Shown here piece after piece: positions 36,001 through 47,989 of a DNA stretch of 64,000 bases. Under the pieces are notes generated by a model. That model had not been told where the DNA came from. It saw only the letters and a program-made list of their open reading frames with translations, and searched no databases. The position numbers and the translations under genes were made by a program. The DNA comes from Macrostomum lignano (Eukaryota): NCBI GenBank assembly GCA_002269645.1, contig NIVC01000995.1, positions 1 through 64,000 on the forward strand, written 5' to 3'. How positions within the stretch are numbered: position 1 is the stretch's first letter; each line of letters starts with the position of its first letter.

Positions 36001-37512
36001 GGCTTATTAAAAAAGCTAGCTGGACTCCAGTTAACCAAGCGACTCAAGTTCAGCCCTCGGGCCTTGCCCCACCCCTCCCTTTGAGCCGCGCTTTTGTCCA
36101 GCAGCCTTTGACTTGTCTTTGCTCAACCCTAAGCTGACACGCGGATGGATTACAGGTAAGGTTTCTGTCTGTGCCGGATTAACACCTTCATTACGTATAG
36201 AGCAATTTGAGCGTCTCAAAGGCCTGTCTCTGATTTCTGCTTGTCTGGTTTGATTCTCTTTTTTTCAAAATGGAAATTCGCATTTTATATTTTATAATTG
36301 GTTTTCATATCTGATAAACTGTCTCTGCATCTCGTCCTCCCCTTTATCTTCTCCTCCCTCTCCCCTCCTGTCTCACCCTCTCCTCCCTCTCCCCTCCTGT
36401 CTTACCCTCTCCTCCCTCTGCCCTCCTGTCTCACTCTTTCCTCCCTCTGCCCTCCTGTCTCACCCTTTCCTCCCTATCCCCTCCTGTCTCACCCTTTCCT
36501 CCCTATCCCCTCCTGTCTCACCCTCTCCTCCCTCTCCCCTCCTGTCTCACCCTCTCCTCCCTCTGCCCTCCTGTCTCACCCTTTCCTCCCTCTGCCCTCC
36601 TGTCTCACCCTTTCCTCCCTATCCCCTCCTGTCTCACCCTTTCCTCCCTATCCCCTCCTGTCTCACCCTCTCCTCCCTCTTCCCTCCTGTCTCACCCTTT
36701 CCTCCCTATCCCCTCCTGTCTCACCCTCTCCTCCCTCTGCCCTCCTGTCTCACCCTTTCCTCCCTATCCCCTCCTGTCTCACCCTCTCCTCCCTCTCCCC
36801 TCCTGTCTTACCCTGTCCTCCCTCTTCCCTCCGGTCTCACCCTCTCCTCCCTCTCCCCTCCTGTCTCACCCTCTCCTCCCTCTGCCCTCCTGTCTCACCC
36901 TTTCCTCCCTATCCCCTCCTGTCTCACCCTCTCCTCCCTCTCCCCTCCTGTCTCACCCTCTCCTCCCTCTCCCCTCCTGTCTCACCCTCTCCTCCCTCTC
37001 CCCTCCTGTCTCACCCTCTCCTCCCTCTCCCCTCCTGTCTCACCCTCTCCTCCCTCTGCCCTCCTGTCTCACCCTTTCCTCCCTATCCCCTCCTGTCTCA
37101 CCCTCTCCTCCCTCTCCCCTCCTGTCTCACCCTCTCCTCCCTCTCCCCTCCTGTCTCACCCTCTCCTCCCTCTTCCCTCCTGTCTCACCCTTTCCTCCCT
37201 CTCCCCTCCTGTCTTACCCTCTCCTCCCTCTTCCCTCCTGTCTCACCCTCTCCTCTATCTCCCCTCCTGTCTTACCCTCTTTTCCTTCTCGCCTGTTTCA
37301 GTTTTTGTAAAATGTACAGTTTGACTTATGTACAGTAAAGACAAATGGTACGAGTAACTGAGTTATGATGAAAAATTATAAAAGTCTCATTCAACCGCGC
37401 AGGCCTGATCGAAAGTCCAGTGCTGCCGCACTCAGAGTGCCAGCTCATTCACGACATTCTGGCCGAGGGTCACAGACAGCTTGGCGTTGACTATCACAAC
37501 ATGGACGCTTAA
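33007..37512 (+). CDS. DHDH: DHDH (Gfo/Idh/MocA) tandem paralog, copy 2
   Basis: Exons 33007-33208, 34283-34730, 34888-34981, 35554-35710, 37403-37512. Exon lengths (202/448/94/157/110) and phases are identical to copy 1. Confidence 0.92.
36330..37285. repeat. CT-rich minisatellite in DHDH-2 intron 4
   Basis: Repeated ccctcctgtctcaccct(c/t)tcctccct modules. Confidence 0.92.
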
Positions 37513-38309
37513 ATGCGAACTATGATTGAATTTTGATCAGCACTGGAGAACCAATTTTTTATCAATACGCATATATGACTACTGGACCATTTTTTCAATA
37601 ATTTTTTCCTATTAAATTGATAAGTAATTAAGAAGAACTGCCTTCAATATTAGAAGCAGACTTGAAGAAATCAGAAAGGAATTTTAAAGGTTTCGGCAAT
37701 TCTCCACCTTTTATTAGAAGCCAAAAGTAAAGTATCGTTCAATAGTTGATTAAATTGCTGTTCAGTTATTTTTGTAGGCGGTTAAAAATAGGCTAACGGA
37801 AAATCGATTAAGTGGGACAGACAATAGACAGCAGCAGTCTGCCATTCATAATCGCTGCAATTATATACGTATATAGCGACATAGTTGAGGCCGAGCCAGC
37901 CGAGACGGGGTCGCAAGCAGTCACGTGATTGAGCACGATACCATGGATAATAGAATAGCCCATCCGCATTGCAATGAGATGCAGCTGGTGCAGATAAATA
38001 TAGATGCGAGACATATGAGACGCCATCGCTCGATATATTTGCCTCTGCAGATACAGGCAATATTTACCTGCGAGTTTGCTAGTTGAAAAGGCACTCTGAT
38101 TGCAGTTGGTTCGTAAGCGGATCAAGCCTGCCCCCCCCCCCAATAGCCTCGCTTCCCTTGGGCCAAGGTCTGTCTGGGCCAATTATAGACTTGGACAACT
38201 CGCTTATAAGCTGAAGTGCGCGCACGTGACTCACAAGGTAGGGGCCAAGCGCATTCTGACGGGTCTCTGTGCTGGCTGATACTCTCTCAATCCGGCTGCA
38301 TCCGGGGCC

Positions 38310-39539
38310 ATGCTGCTACCAGCTGCTCTGGCGGTGTACGACACCGTGCTTGGCGCGCTGTTTGTCCTCGGCTTCGCCGGCAACCTGCTGGTACTGGTCG
38401 TGATCTGCTCGCTGAAGGCGGCCCACACCGTCACGAATATTTACCTGATCAACCTGGCCATTGCCGACTCTCTGCATCTTCTATCCATTCCGCCCTTCAT
38501 CCATCTGTCCATCATCAAATCCTGGGTTTGGGGCACCATCGGCTGCAAGTTGTATTTCCTGATGCACTTCGCCAACTCCAACGTGAGCATCTACATCATC
38601 ATGGCGATGAGCTTCGACAGATTCAAGGCCGTCGTATCGCCGTTCAGCTCGGCCCGCTACCGCACCAAGAAATTCGCCGTCATCCTTGTAGTCTGCATGT
38701 GGCTGCTGAGCGCTCTGATCGTCAGCCCCATCTACCTCAACGCCTACGTCCAGACTTGGATCATCCCAGCGTCGGGTGAAAACGCAACTGCGGACCATGA
38801 GAACAATGGGACTCTGGAGGACCGAGTTTGGATCAGCCGCAGCTGCCAGCACCTGCCGCCTGGCTCCGTCAATCATTCAGAGGGCCTGTTGAAGAAGCTG
38901 TTCACCGATCCGTACTATTTCAGCAGGTACATCTTCGTCACCGGCTGCGTGCTGCCCGGGCTGCTGCTGTGCACCTTCTACTTTCTGATTCTGCGCAAGC
39001 TCTGGCTGATGAAGCGAGCTCGCAGCGCCGGGCCCCAGGCGCAGCAGCGCTTCGAGAAGGTCACCATCCTGGTTGTGGCCGTGGTCACATTCTACCTGGC
39101 CTGCTGCTTGCCACACTGGATCTACGTCAACATCGCTCTGGAGCTCGAAGACATGACGCCGAGCTGGGTGCCCGTGGCCAGCCACCTCACCACCCTGCTT
39201 GCCTACGTCAACAGCGCCGGAAATCCCATCCTGTACGCCTTTCTCAACGAACCGTTCCGCGCCTCCATGCGCGCCATCTTGGCCCAGCACCTGCCGGCCG
39301 GCTGTCTGGGCGGATGCGGAGACGGCGGAGGCACCGGCGGTGGAAACGGCGCTGACGGAGGCGAAATTGCTGATGCCGATGCCGGCGGCGGCTCGGGACG
39401 GCCGACCAACAGCTACGAGCCGCTGCCGCTGCTGCCCGGCGGTGGAGGCGGCGGCGCCACCTTCGGCGCCAGCAGCTGCGCCCTGGGCGAGACCACAGCC
39501 ATGATGGAGACGCGCGTGACCGAGACAGTCATCGACTGA
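38310..39539 (+). CDS. Class A peptide GPCR, somatostatin/allatostatin-C/opioid-like, single exon
   Basis: GFAGNLLV, TNIYLINLAIAD, W.WG..GCK, MSFDRF.AVV.P, CWxP-like CCLPHW, NSAGNPILYAFLNE.FR. Confidence 0.92.
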   Translation: MLLPAALAVYDTVLGALFVLGFAGNLLVLVVICSLKAAHTVTNIYLINLAIADSLHLLSIPPFIHLSIIKSWVWGTIGCKLYFLMHFANSNVSIYIIMAMSFDRFKAVVSPFSSARYRTKKFAVILVVCMWLLSALIVSPIYLNAYVQTWIIPASGENATADHENNGTLEDRVWISRSCQHLPPGSVNHSEGLLKKLFTDPYYFSRYIFVTGCVLPGLLLCTFYFLILRKLWLMKRARSAGPQAQQRFEKVTILVVAVVTFYLACCLPHWIYVNIALELEDMTPSWVPVASHLTTLLAYVNSAGNPILYAFLNEPFRASMRAILAQHLPAGCLGGCGDGGGTGGGNGADGGEIADADAGGGSGRPTNSYEPLPLLPGGGGGGATFGASSCALGETTAMMETRVTETVID

Positions 39540-41089
39540 AGTCGAAACTCTTTTTTGTTTGAGCACTTTTCAGGAGGAGATGCGAGCAGTAAATTTTGTT
39601 TAAACGTGTCGGTAGGTTTTCTGTGTGGTATCGTCGTTGTGTCGTGTCGAACGGAGAGTGCAGCAGCTCCGCATTATTTGAAAGCAGAAATCTCAATGTC
39701 TCAACATATTCAAGGTTATCAAAGGTCTGCAACACAGATGATAAACACGATCAGTCCATCAGGCTGATCTCGTTGCTATGGTCGGGTGTAGCAGCACAAT
39801 GAAGCTGTAACTTCTCTCTGCAAGATCGCAAGCCCTTGCCAGCGTTGTCCCATTTTGCGTAAGCGACGACCAACTGAACTAATTAATCACTACATTGGCT
39901 TGCTAAATGTTTCAATGTACATCATTTACTGTTTTAAACGTTTCTGTGGAAATTTTTACCCTTTTTTCCAACCTGAGACTCCGCTTCATTCTATTTTTGT
40001 GTCCCTGTACACTGCAGTTGTTGAGTGACCTGATAATGTACTTTGTTAGCGAATCTATTATATAACTTTTACTGTTGTCTAGTTTGCAAAAAAACTGTTT
40101 CTTCTATCAAATAGTATCGAGCCTAGGAGTTCCAGATAAAAATAGCTTTATTGACTGAGATTTGCATAATTTTTTCACCTTTTTGACGTCGAGTGTTTTC
40201 TGTTGTTTTTTGCGTATTTTTCTCCGCCAATTACTTTTATAGCTGGTTGCCTGTCTAAACTGAAAAACTTGGGACCTGGAACTGTTTCACCTGTTATCCG
40301 GAGTTGGTTGGAGCTCTGGGCTCAGAAATAAAGAGAAAAATTATTACAATTTTCATAACTCGCTCCCCGAATTCGTGTGTTGAAATACTTGTATTTACCT
40401 GCTCTTTGATTGATTTCCTTTTACTGCAAATTGGGGTCAGGAAAGGACGCAGACCAGTGCCATTCTGTCAGTGCCATTCTGCCAGTGCCATTCTGCCAGT
40501 GCCATTCTGCCAGTCCCATTCTACCAGTGCCATTCTACCACTACCATTCTATGAGTTTACCTGTCCAAAAGTCTACGCTCGTATCAGTACATCTTTTGAG
40601 AGCTAATGGAATTCCGTGAACGTCAGAGAACCCCTGCTTTGAAAGAGACCGCACACTGGCCGAAGTGAATCAACATGTTGCGGTGGGTGGGGCTGGCCAA
40701 GCTCGGGCTCTCCATAGCCAGCTAATTTGCTCTTTCGCGGCGAATTCAATCTCAGGACAACCGCGGGGAAAAGCAGCAGACGGCTCGCTAACCAAAAAAA
40801 TCAGCGAGATCTCCTTCCTGCTCCGCCCCCCCCCTTGGGGCGAGGTTAGCGCCCGTGTGGACTTTTTTGTTACCAGCCTCGACTAATATTTCATGCAAAT
40901 TGAGGCACCATGCACGGACTGGGGGGGGGGGCGGTTTGGAGAGAAATGTGTCATTTCACAGGCACTGGCGAAGCCTAGCTCGCTCTCAGTTTCACTCAAC
41001 TCCTAGTGCATCGAATCAAAACAAAACTCTTGTTTTAACCACTATAGTCACAAATTTACAGCAAATAATAAAGTCTCAGGGAAGGGCAG

Positions 41090-41200
41090 TCCAGGGCGGC
41101 GCTGTTCCAGGTGCTTGTCGAGACTTGGTGTACAACGCCGAGACCTGTACTCTGGATAGCTGCCGCGCCGCCTTCAAGATCGGCGACTTCTCAATTGTCA
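41090..41200 (+). mobile_element. Short degenerate RTE LINE fragment
   Basis: ALFQVLVET / VYNAETCTL / RAAFKI resembles the fragment at 28.1-28.3 kb. Confidence 0.5.
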
Positions 41201-41312
41201 ACGCCGCTTTGGAGCTTCTTCGAACGCCCACTGGCCGATGCTGGCACCCTTTCGGGACCTTCAAGACGCCACTTATAGTACTTTGCATTTGTTTCACAAT
41301 ATTCAGAATTGA

Positions 41313-41812
41313 GGGCTAGGGCTAGGGTTAGGAATAGGACGAGGGCTAGGATTAGGGCTAGGGTTGGGCTGAGGTTAGGGTTAGGGCTAGTGCTAGGCTA
41401 GAGTTAGGGCTAGGGTTAGGCTAGAGTTAGGTCTAGGGTTAGGGCTAGGGTTAGGCTAGAGGGTTAGGGTTAGAGTTAGGGCTAGGGTCAGGGCTAGAGT
41501 TAGGCTAGGGTTAGGCTAGAGTTAGGGCTAGGGCCAGGGCTAGGGTTAGGGCTAGGGTTAGGCTAGAGTTAGGTCTAGGGTTAGGGCTAGGGTCAGGGCT
41601 AGGGTTAGGCTAGAGTTAGGTCTAGGGTTAGGGCTGGGGTCAGGGCTAGGGTCAGGGCTAGAGTTAGGCTAGGGTTAGGCTAGAGTTAGGGCTAGGGTTA
41701 GGGCTAGGGTTAGGCTAGAGTTAGGTCTAGGGTTAGGGCTAGGGTCAGGGCTAGGGTCAGGGCTAGGGTTAGGCTAGGGTTAGGCTAGAGTTAGGGCTAG
41801 GGCTAGGGTTAG
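41313..41812. repeat. Interstitial telomere-like array (TTAGGG / CTAGGG / TCAGGG / TTAGG variants)
   Basis: About 500 bp of mixed 5-6-mer G-rich units with a recurring higher-order block gggttaggctagagttaggtcta. Confidence 0.9.
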
Positions 41813-42939
41813 TTCTATGTCTATTCTATTCTATTGGTTGAAACGATATGGCTAGAATCAAATTAAATAATTCAAAGCTGACATGAGCTATTTTGTAATG
41901 AGAAGATTTCGTATTGCAGTGCGGGATTGCAGATGCATTATTCGTTTTAATATCGCAGAGTCCCAATGAGGGTTCTCAAGCCTCGACAGTAAAGTGCACA
42001 GTGCTTTTTGAAGCACCATTAGTGCTCAAGTGCTGCCCAGTGTTTGGTTCTGAGGTAGTTTACAGGCGAGCGCCTTGATGAGTTAGTCCTTGTCTAGCGC
42101 ATTTATTAATTCACAAATTTTACTGCTTATGAAAAAGCCAATCCAGCAATACTCGCGACTGGACCCTCCGTCGCTTTTAATATTTAGTATGCAGCGCCCG
42201 TGTTGTTGCCGATGCGTTCAAGTACACTTTTGTCCAAAAAACCCCTCTTGGGTATCGAGCCAGTTTATATATAGCTCTCCAGTCAATTCCCCATCTATTA
42301 TATTTTGAGCACGTCATAATTCCGCTCCGATGAATGCTCAAATATTTCGTGTTTGCATGCTCGATCAGTTGGATGATAAACAGGAAGATAGGAAATCAGA
42401 GAGATGCTTCTTGAATTATTTCTTCAAAATCGTTGCACTCGAATTTTCGCCAGTCTTCTTTTCTTCTCAACTTAGTTAATGGATCCTTGATTAAAAATTT
42501 CAGTACGAAAGGCCAAACCTGCCCAGGGGCCTGAGCCTCAATACAGTTGAATGAGTCTGTCTTGCTAAAGAAAGCGATTTGGCTCGACCCGGCGTAACTT
42601 TCCTTTTTGTGTTCGAGACACGGAATCGAGACTTGACCTCGTTTTGTTAATTAAGCAGCAGTTGGGAACAAGAGTTGATGATGAAGGGGTCGTTTGAGCC
42701 TGCACCCGAGGACAGCTGCCGATCACTTTTCTAATGTTGAACCGGCTCAGGGATCACTGGAAATATTTCCTGCGGTCGCAGAAGCAAGCGCCCTGTCCCC
42801 ATGTTCATCAAGCGGGATAGCATGGGAAACTCAACAGGAAGTGTGATGGACAGAAAGTGGGAGATGAAGATTGTGTAAGAATGTGACGAGATGCAGAGGT
42901 TTAAAAGGGATAAATCTTCAATAATAGAAGACAGGTAGA

Positions 42940-43430
42940 AATGTTGTGACATGGGAGGGAGGAAGACACGGAAATGGAGAGAGGGAGATGAAGAGAGGCA
43001 GAGAGGGAGAGAGGGAGAGAGGAAGACGGAGGGAGAGGGAGAGAGGGAAAGGGAGAGGAGGAGAGGAGGAGAACGAGAGAGGGAGAGGGAGAAAGGGAGA
43101 GGAGGAGAGGGAGAGATGTAGAGAGGGAGAGAGGGAGAGAGGGAGAGGGAGAGGAAGAGAGGGAGAGAGGGAGACGGAGGGAGAGGGAGGGAGAGGGAGA
43201 GAGGGAAAAGAAGAGAGGGAAAGGATGAGAGGGAGAGGGAGAGAGGGAAAGGGAAAGGGAGAGGAGGAGAGGAGGAGAAGGAGAGAGGGAGAGGCAGAAA
43301 GGGAGAGGAGGAGAGGGAGAGAGGGAGAGAGGGAGAGGGACAGAAGCAGACAGGGAGAGGGAGAGAGGCAGTCAGAGAGAGAGGCAGGCAGGGAGAGAGG
43401 CATACAGGGAGAGGGAGAGAAGGGCACTGA
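42940..43430. repeat. GA-rich low-complexity tract
   Basis: Almost pure purine gagaggga variants. Confidence 0.9.
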
Positions 43431-43983
43431 CCAGTGAGAGGCCAGAACTAAGAGTGGCGGAACAACCAAAATGAAGCAAGTGCAAGTTAACTGTGTAAAA
43501 TAGCTTCCATTCCACTCCTTTCGCTTCACAAATCCAGCTGCTACTAAAGTACATTTCTTATACTACACTTTCCTGCGCTAAGCGCTCGCCTATGCGACAA
43601 GCAGTAGTTTCCCAATCGGGCCAGAAATCACCTGTTGGACTCTTTTTGTTCTAAAGTGAGTTTTAGGGATTCTAATTCTTTAAGCTGGCTGGGGAAGAGC
43701 TTCTGTGCCGGAACCCCCACCCCCGGCTCTCATTCAGCTCGCTCGCTGGCAAGTCTCGCTTGAGATTTAGGGGCCATGGCAATGGCAGAAAGCGAAAAGT
43801 GGTGCTGATTTTGCAGCTTGAATCGGATCGATAAATCAGACCGCTGATAGAGGGAAGTGGGCGGCTAACTTCCGGGATTTGCAACTGGACAGGGAAATCG
43901 ACTAGGTTTAACAGCGATTTCATTTTCTGAAGAATTTTACTAGTTCTTCTACCTTGCTTTACTTTTTACCCGGCATGGGTTTG

Positions 43984-44866
43984 CTACCCCAATGTCCCAA
44001 GGTGGCCGTCCAAGTTCGCTCCCGGCTTGGCTACCCCAATATCTGTCCAGGGTAGCTCTGACTCGGCTACCCCAATATCCATCCAGGGTAGCTCTGGCTC
44101 GGCTACCCCAATATCCATCCAGGGTAGCTCTGGCTCGGCTACCCCAATATCCATCCAGGGTAGCTCTGGCTCGGCTACCCCAATATCCATCCAGGGTAGC
44201 TCTGGCTCGGCTACCCCAATATCCATCCAGGGTAGCTCTGGCTCGGCTACCCCAATATCCATCCAGGATAGCTCTGGCTCGGCTACCCCAATATCCATCC
44301 AGGGTAGCTCTGGCTCGGCTACCCCAATATCCATCCAGGGTAGCTCTGGCTCGGCTACCCCAATATCCATCCAGGATAGCTCTGGCTCGGCTACCCCAAT
44401 ATCCATCCAGGATAGCTCTGGCTCGGCTACCCCAATATCCATCCAGGATAGCTCTGGCTCGGCTACCCCAATATCCATCCAGGGTAACTCTGGCTCGGCT
44501 ACCCCAATATCCATCCAGGGTAACTCTGGCTCGGCTACCCCAATATCCATCCAGGGTAACTCTGGCTCGGCTACCCCAATATCCATCCAGGGTAACTCTG
44601 GCTCGGCTACCCCAATATCCATCCAGGGTAACTCTGGCTCGGCTACCCCAATATCCATCCAGGGTAGCTCTGGCTCGGCTACCCCAATATCCATCCAGGG
44701 TAACTCTGGCTCGGCTACCCCAATATCCATCCAGGGTAGCTCTGGCTCGGCTACCCCAATATCCATCCAGGATAGCTCTGGCTCGGCTACCCCAATATCC
44801 ATCCAGGATAGCTCTGGCTCGGCTACCCCAATATCCATCCAGGATAGCTCTGGCTCGGCTACCCTA
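43984..44866. repeat. Minisatellite, 36-bp unit, about 24 copies
   Basis: Unit ggctaccccaatatccatccagggtagctctggctc. Confidence 0.97.
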
Positions 44867-45384
44867 GTACCCTGCTAACTCTTTATCCGCCTGTCGATTT
44901 TCCCTCGCTTCGCCGATGTTAAAAAATCAGACAGCTCATCGTTTTCTGCCGTCAGGTTATCCTAAGCCCAGCAGCTGTGGCTTGAGTCAATCGCGGAAAA
45001 GCAGCTCTAATGCTAGCTATTAGCTCAGCTCTCCCCGCCCCCACTGTTTGATTTGCCAACCCGCGCGAGAATGAGGGAGAGAGTCACGAGATGAGCGAAT
45101 AAGCCGGCACCAACCTGTGCACCTTGCAAACAAACCCGGATGCGCGAAGGTCTTTTCCTGATCGGGCCAATGCTGATTACCCTGCCGGATGTTTGGCGTT
45201 CGCTTCCCGCCAGCCTCCGCCCCACTCCTAATCTACCTGGCTGCCTCTTCCACTGTTCCTGCCTGCCTGATTCCTCCGCTCAATCAGCAGCCACTGCCTG
45301 CCTTTTGTGCTGCTCTGCCCGCGCTTCCGCTGCCCCCATTAAGCATCCAGGCATGCCTTGCCTGCCTGCAGGCTCCCCGAACTC

Positions 45385-45778
45385 GCCGATGCCACGGGGT
45401 CTGCTCTGTGCTGTAGCCTCTGCCACTTGACCGATGCCACGGGGTCTGCTCTATGCTGTAGCCTCTGCCACTTGACCGATGCTACAGAATCTGCTCTATG
45501 CTGTAGCCTCTGCCACTTGACCGATGCTACAGAATCTGCTCTATGCTGTAGCCTCTGCCACTTGACCGATGCTACAGAATCTGCTCTATGCTGTAGCCTC
45601 TGCCACTTGACCGATGCTACAGAATCTGCTCTATGCTGTAGCCTCTGCCACTTGACCGATGCTACAGAATCTGCTCTATGCTGTAGCCTCTGCCACTTGA
45701 CCGATGCTACAGAATCTGCTCTATGCTGTAGCCTCTGCCACTTGACCGATGCTACAGAATCTGCTCTATGCTGTAGGC
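45385..45778. repeat. Minisatellite, 45-bp unit, about 9 copies
   Basis: Unit gctacagaatctgctctatgctgtagcctctgccacttgaccgat. Confidence 0.95.
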
Positions 45779-46309
45779 AGTGATAATGGCTAGAAACAAT
45801 ATTTTGGGTCTAAATAATGCACCAATTCATTTATGATGCTGACCGGTCGTTCAGTCTGCTTGAGTAGTTCGGAAATTCGTCCCAGCACTTCTCCCATCCG
45901 TTACTGTCCCAATCCCCAAAGGATTCTCTCTGCAGGCCTCAGTTCGCATGCAGTATCTTCCCCCTTCCTCGACTATGAAAATCGCTAATTGACCAAAGCA
46001 CAGAGGGTATGAGAGCTAAAAAAGAAAAAGGTAATGTTGAAAGGCATAAGGCAGGGAACTGGGTCAGACAAGGGCAGACCTGCCTGCAGCTCAAAGGCAG
46101 CGATTCTCTCCCCCCCCCCTTAGGAGGCAAAAAATCAGGCAAACCGCAAGATAAATTCCAACAAAAAAACAAAATTAGCATTCAAGGAGCTCAAGCAAGA
46201 GTCAGAGTTGATACTTTTTCCACAGTTTTCAAAACCACGTTAAAGCCAAAAAACCTATAATCGAAAGCCTATTTATTTACATGTAGGTATTATTAAGATT
46301 ATAATCTTT

Positions 46310-47132
46310 GAAATCTGGATAACCTTTGAAATCTGGATAATAATCTGGGAAAATCTGGGATAATCTGGGAAAATCTGGGATAAACTGAGTAATCTGGATA
46401 ATCTGAATGATCTGGATAATCTGGATGATCTGGGTAATTTGGTTGATTTGGGATAATTTAGATAATCTGGGATACTCTGAGATAATCTGGGATAATCGAG
46501 ATAATCTGCGATAATCTGTGATAATCTGATATAATTGGGATAATCTGGGATAAACTAGATAATATGGATAATCTGGATAATCTGGGATAATCTGGATAAT
46601 CTGGATAGTCTGGGATACTCTGGATAATCTGGGATACTCTGGATAATCTGGGATAATCTGGGATAATCTGGATAATCTGGATAATCTGGGATAAGCTGGA
46701 TAATCTGGATAGTCTGGATACTCTGGATAATCTGGAATAATCTGGATAATCTGGGATAATGAGGATAATCTGGATAATCTGGGATAATGAGGATAATCTG
46801 GGATAAGCTGGATAATCTGGATAGTCTGGGATACTCTGGATAATCTGGGATAATCTGGATAATCTGGGATAATCTGGATAATCTGGATAATCTGGGATAA
46901 TCTTTATAATCTGGATAATCTGGATAATCTGGGATAATCTGGGATAAGCTGGATAATCTGGATAATCTGGGAACATCTGGATAATCTGGGATAATCTGGA
47001 TAATCTGGGATAATCTGGGATATTCTGGGATAATCTGGGATAATCTGGGATAATCTGGGATAATCTGGGATACTCTGGATAATCTGGAATAATCTGGGAT
47101 AATCTGGGATAATCTGGGATAATCTGGATAAT
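46310..47132. repeat. 9-10-bp microsatellite-like array (gataatctg[g])
   Basis: Mixed gataatctgg and gataatctggg units. Confidence 0.95.
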
Positions 47133-47819
47133 CTTGTCGAGAACATTCGAAAGCTCGCAGCAGGTAAATTTAATGTAAGAAAGTGCATTCAGAAAGCCTG
47201 ATTTATATAACACTTTATATTATAGTTTACAACACTTTGATATTCATCAATAATAAACTGTTTAGTAATTTTTAGATAAAAAAATAATACGGATTTTCTG
47301 ATGTAAATATAATGCAAAAATTTGCATGACAGCAAATCTTATTAAACTGAACTATGCTACTAAGTAGTAGTATACCGTTAAAGTTATGATTAGCGCAAAA
47401 AATTGATTAACTTTATAATGTAAGATTGAATTTTTGCAGTTCAACTCACGTTTTGATGAACTGCAACCTGAGAGTGATTATATCATCATATTAATTTTGC
47501 AAACTGAATTATTATCCAGTTTACCGTATATATTGGAGACAAACTACGAGTATAACAAGCATATTTAATCATGTTTTTTAAAATGACTTTTTCAATATCA
47601 ATCCAATGGAAATGTGTGCAGAATACAGAGTCTGAGTTACCATTGCTGGTTCACCGATAAAAATAAAATATAATTGTAATAATAATAACTATGGGCAGAC
47701 GTGCAACCGACAGCTCAGCCGCAGCTATTGCGCGGCGCATCTGAAGGCTGCGTACGGCTGTCCAGTCCAAGGACTGGGGGGGGGTCGCCCCACACCCCCC
47801 TAAATTACCCCAGCTAATG

Positions 47820-47949
47820 CATTTTACAGCTGAGTGAACTGAAGCAATGCAGAGTTGCTCGAGGACAAAAATTGTTCCGAGTGGGTCGAGAATCGAACCC
47901 TCGACCTTTCAGTCGTGAGTCCGACGCTCAAACCACTAGGCTACAGCCC
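47820..47949 (-). mobile_element. tRNA(Val-CAC-like)-derived SINE
   Basis: Minus strand: TAGCCTAGTGG A-box, loop CT-CAC-GA, GGTTCGATTC B-box, then a cactcagctgtaaaatg central-domain-like tail. The acceptor stem does not pair. Confidence 0.6.
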
Positions 47950-47989
47950 TAAACTATATAGTTTCGTGGATTTATTCTTTAAAGCTTTT

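Noticed and set aside
36298-37338. 346-aa Pro/Ser/Leu-rich ORF
   Set aside because: A CT-rich minisatellite inside DHDH-2 intron 4.
41313-41812. True chromosome end
   Set aside because: Unique sequence continues on both sides and pure TTAGGG runs are short.
43984-44878. 283-291 aa ORFs in three frames
   Set aside because: Translations of a 36-bp stop-free minisatellite. No splice or start context and no unique domain.
47870-47949. Functional tRNA-Val gene (also the element at 681-751)
   Set aside because: The acceptor and anticodon stems do not pair properly and the sequence runs into a SINE-like body.
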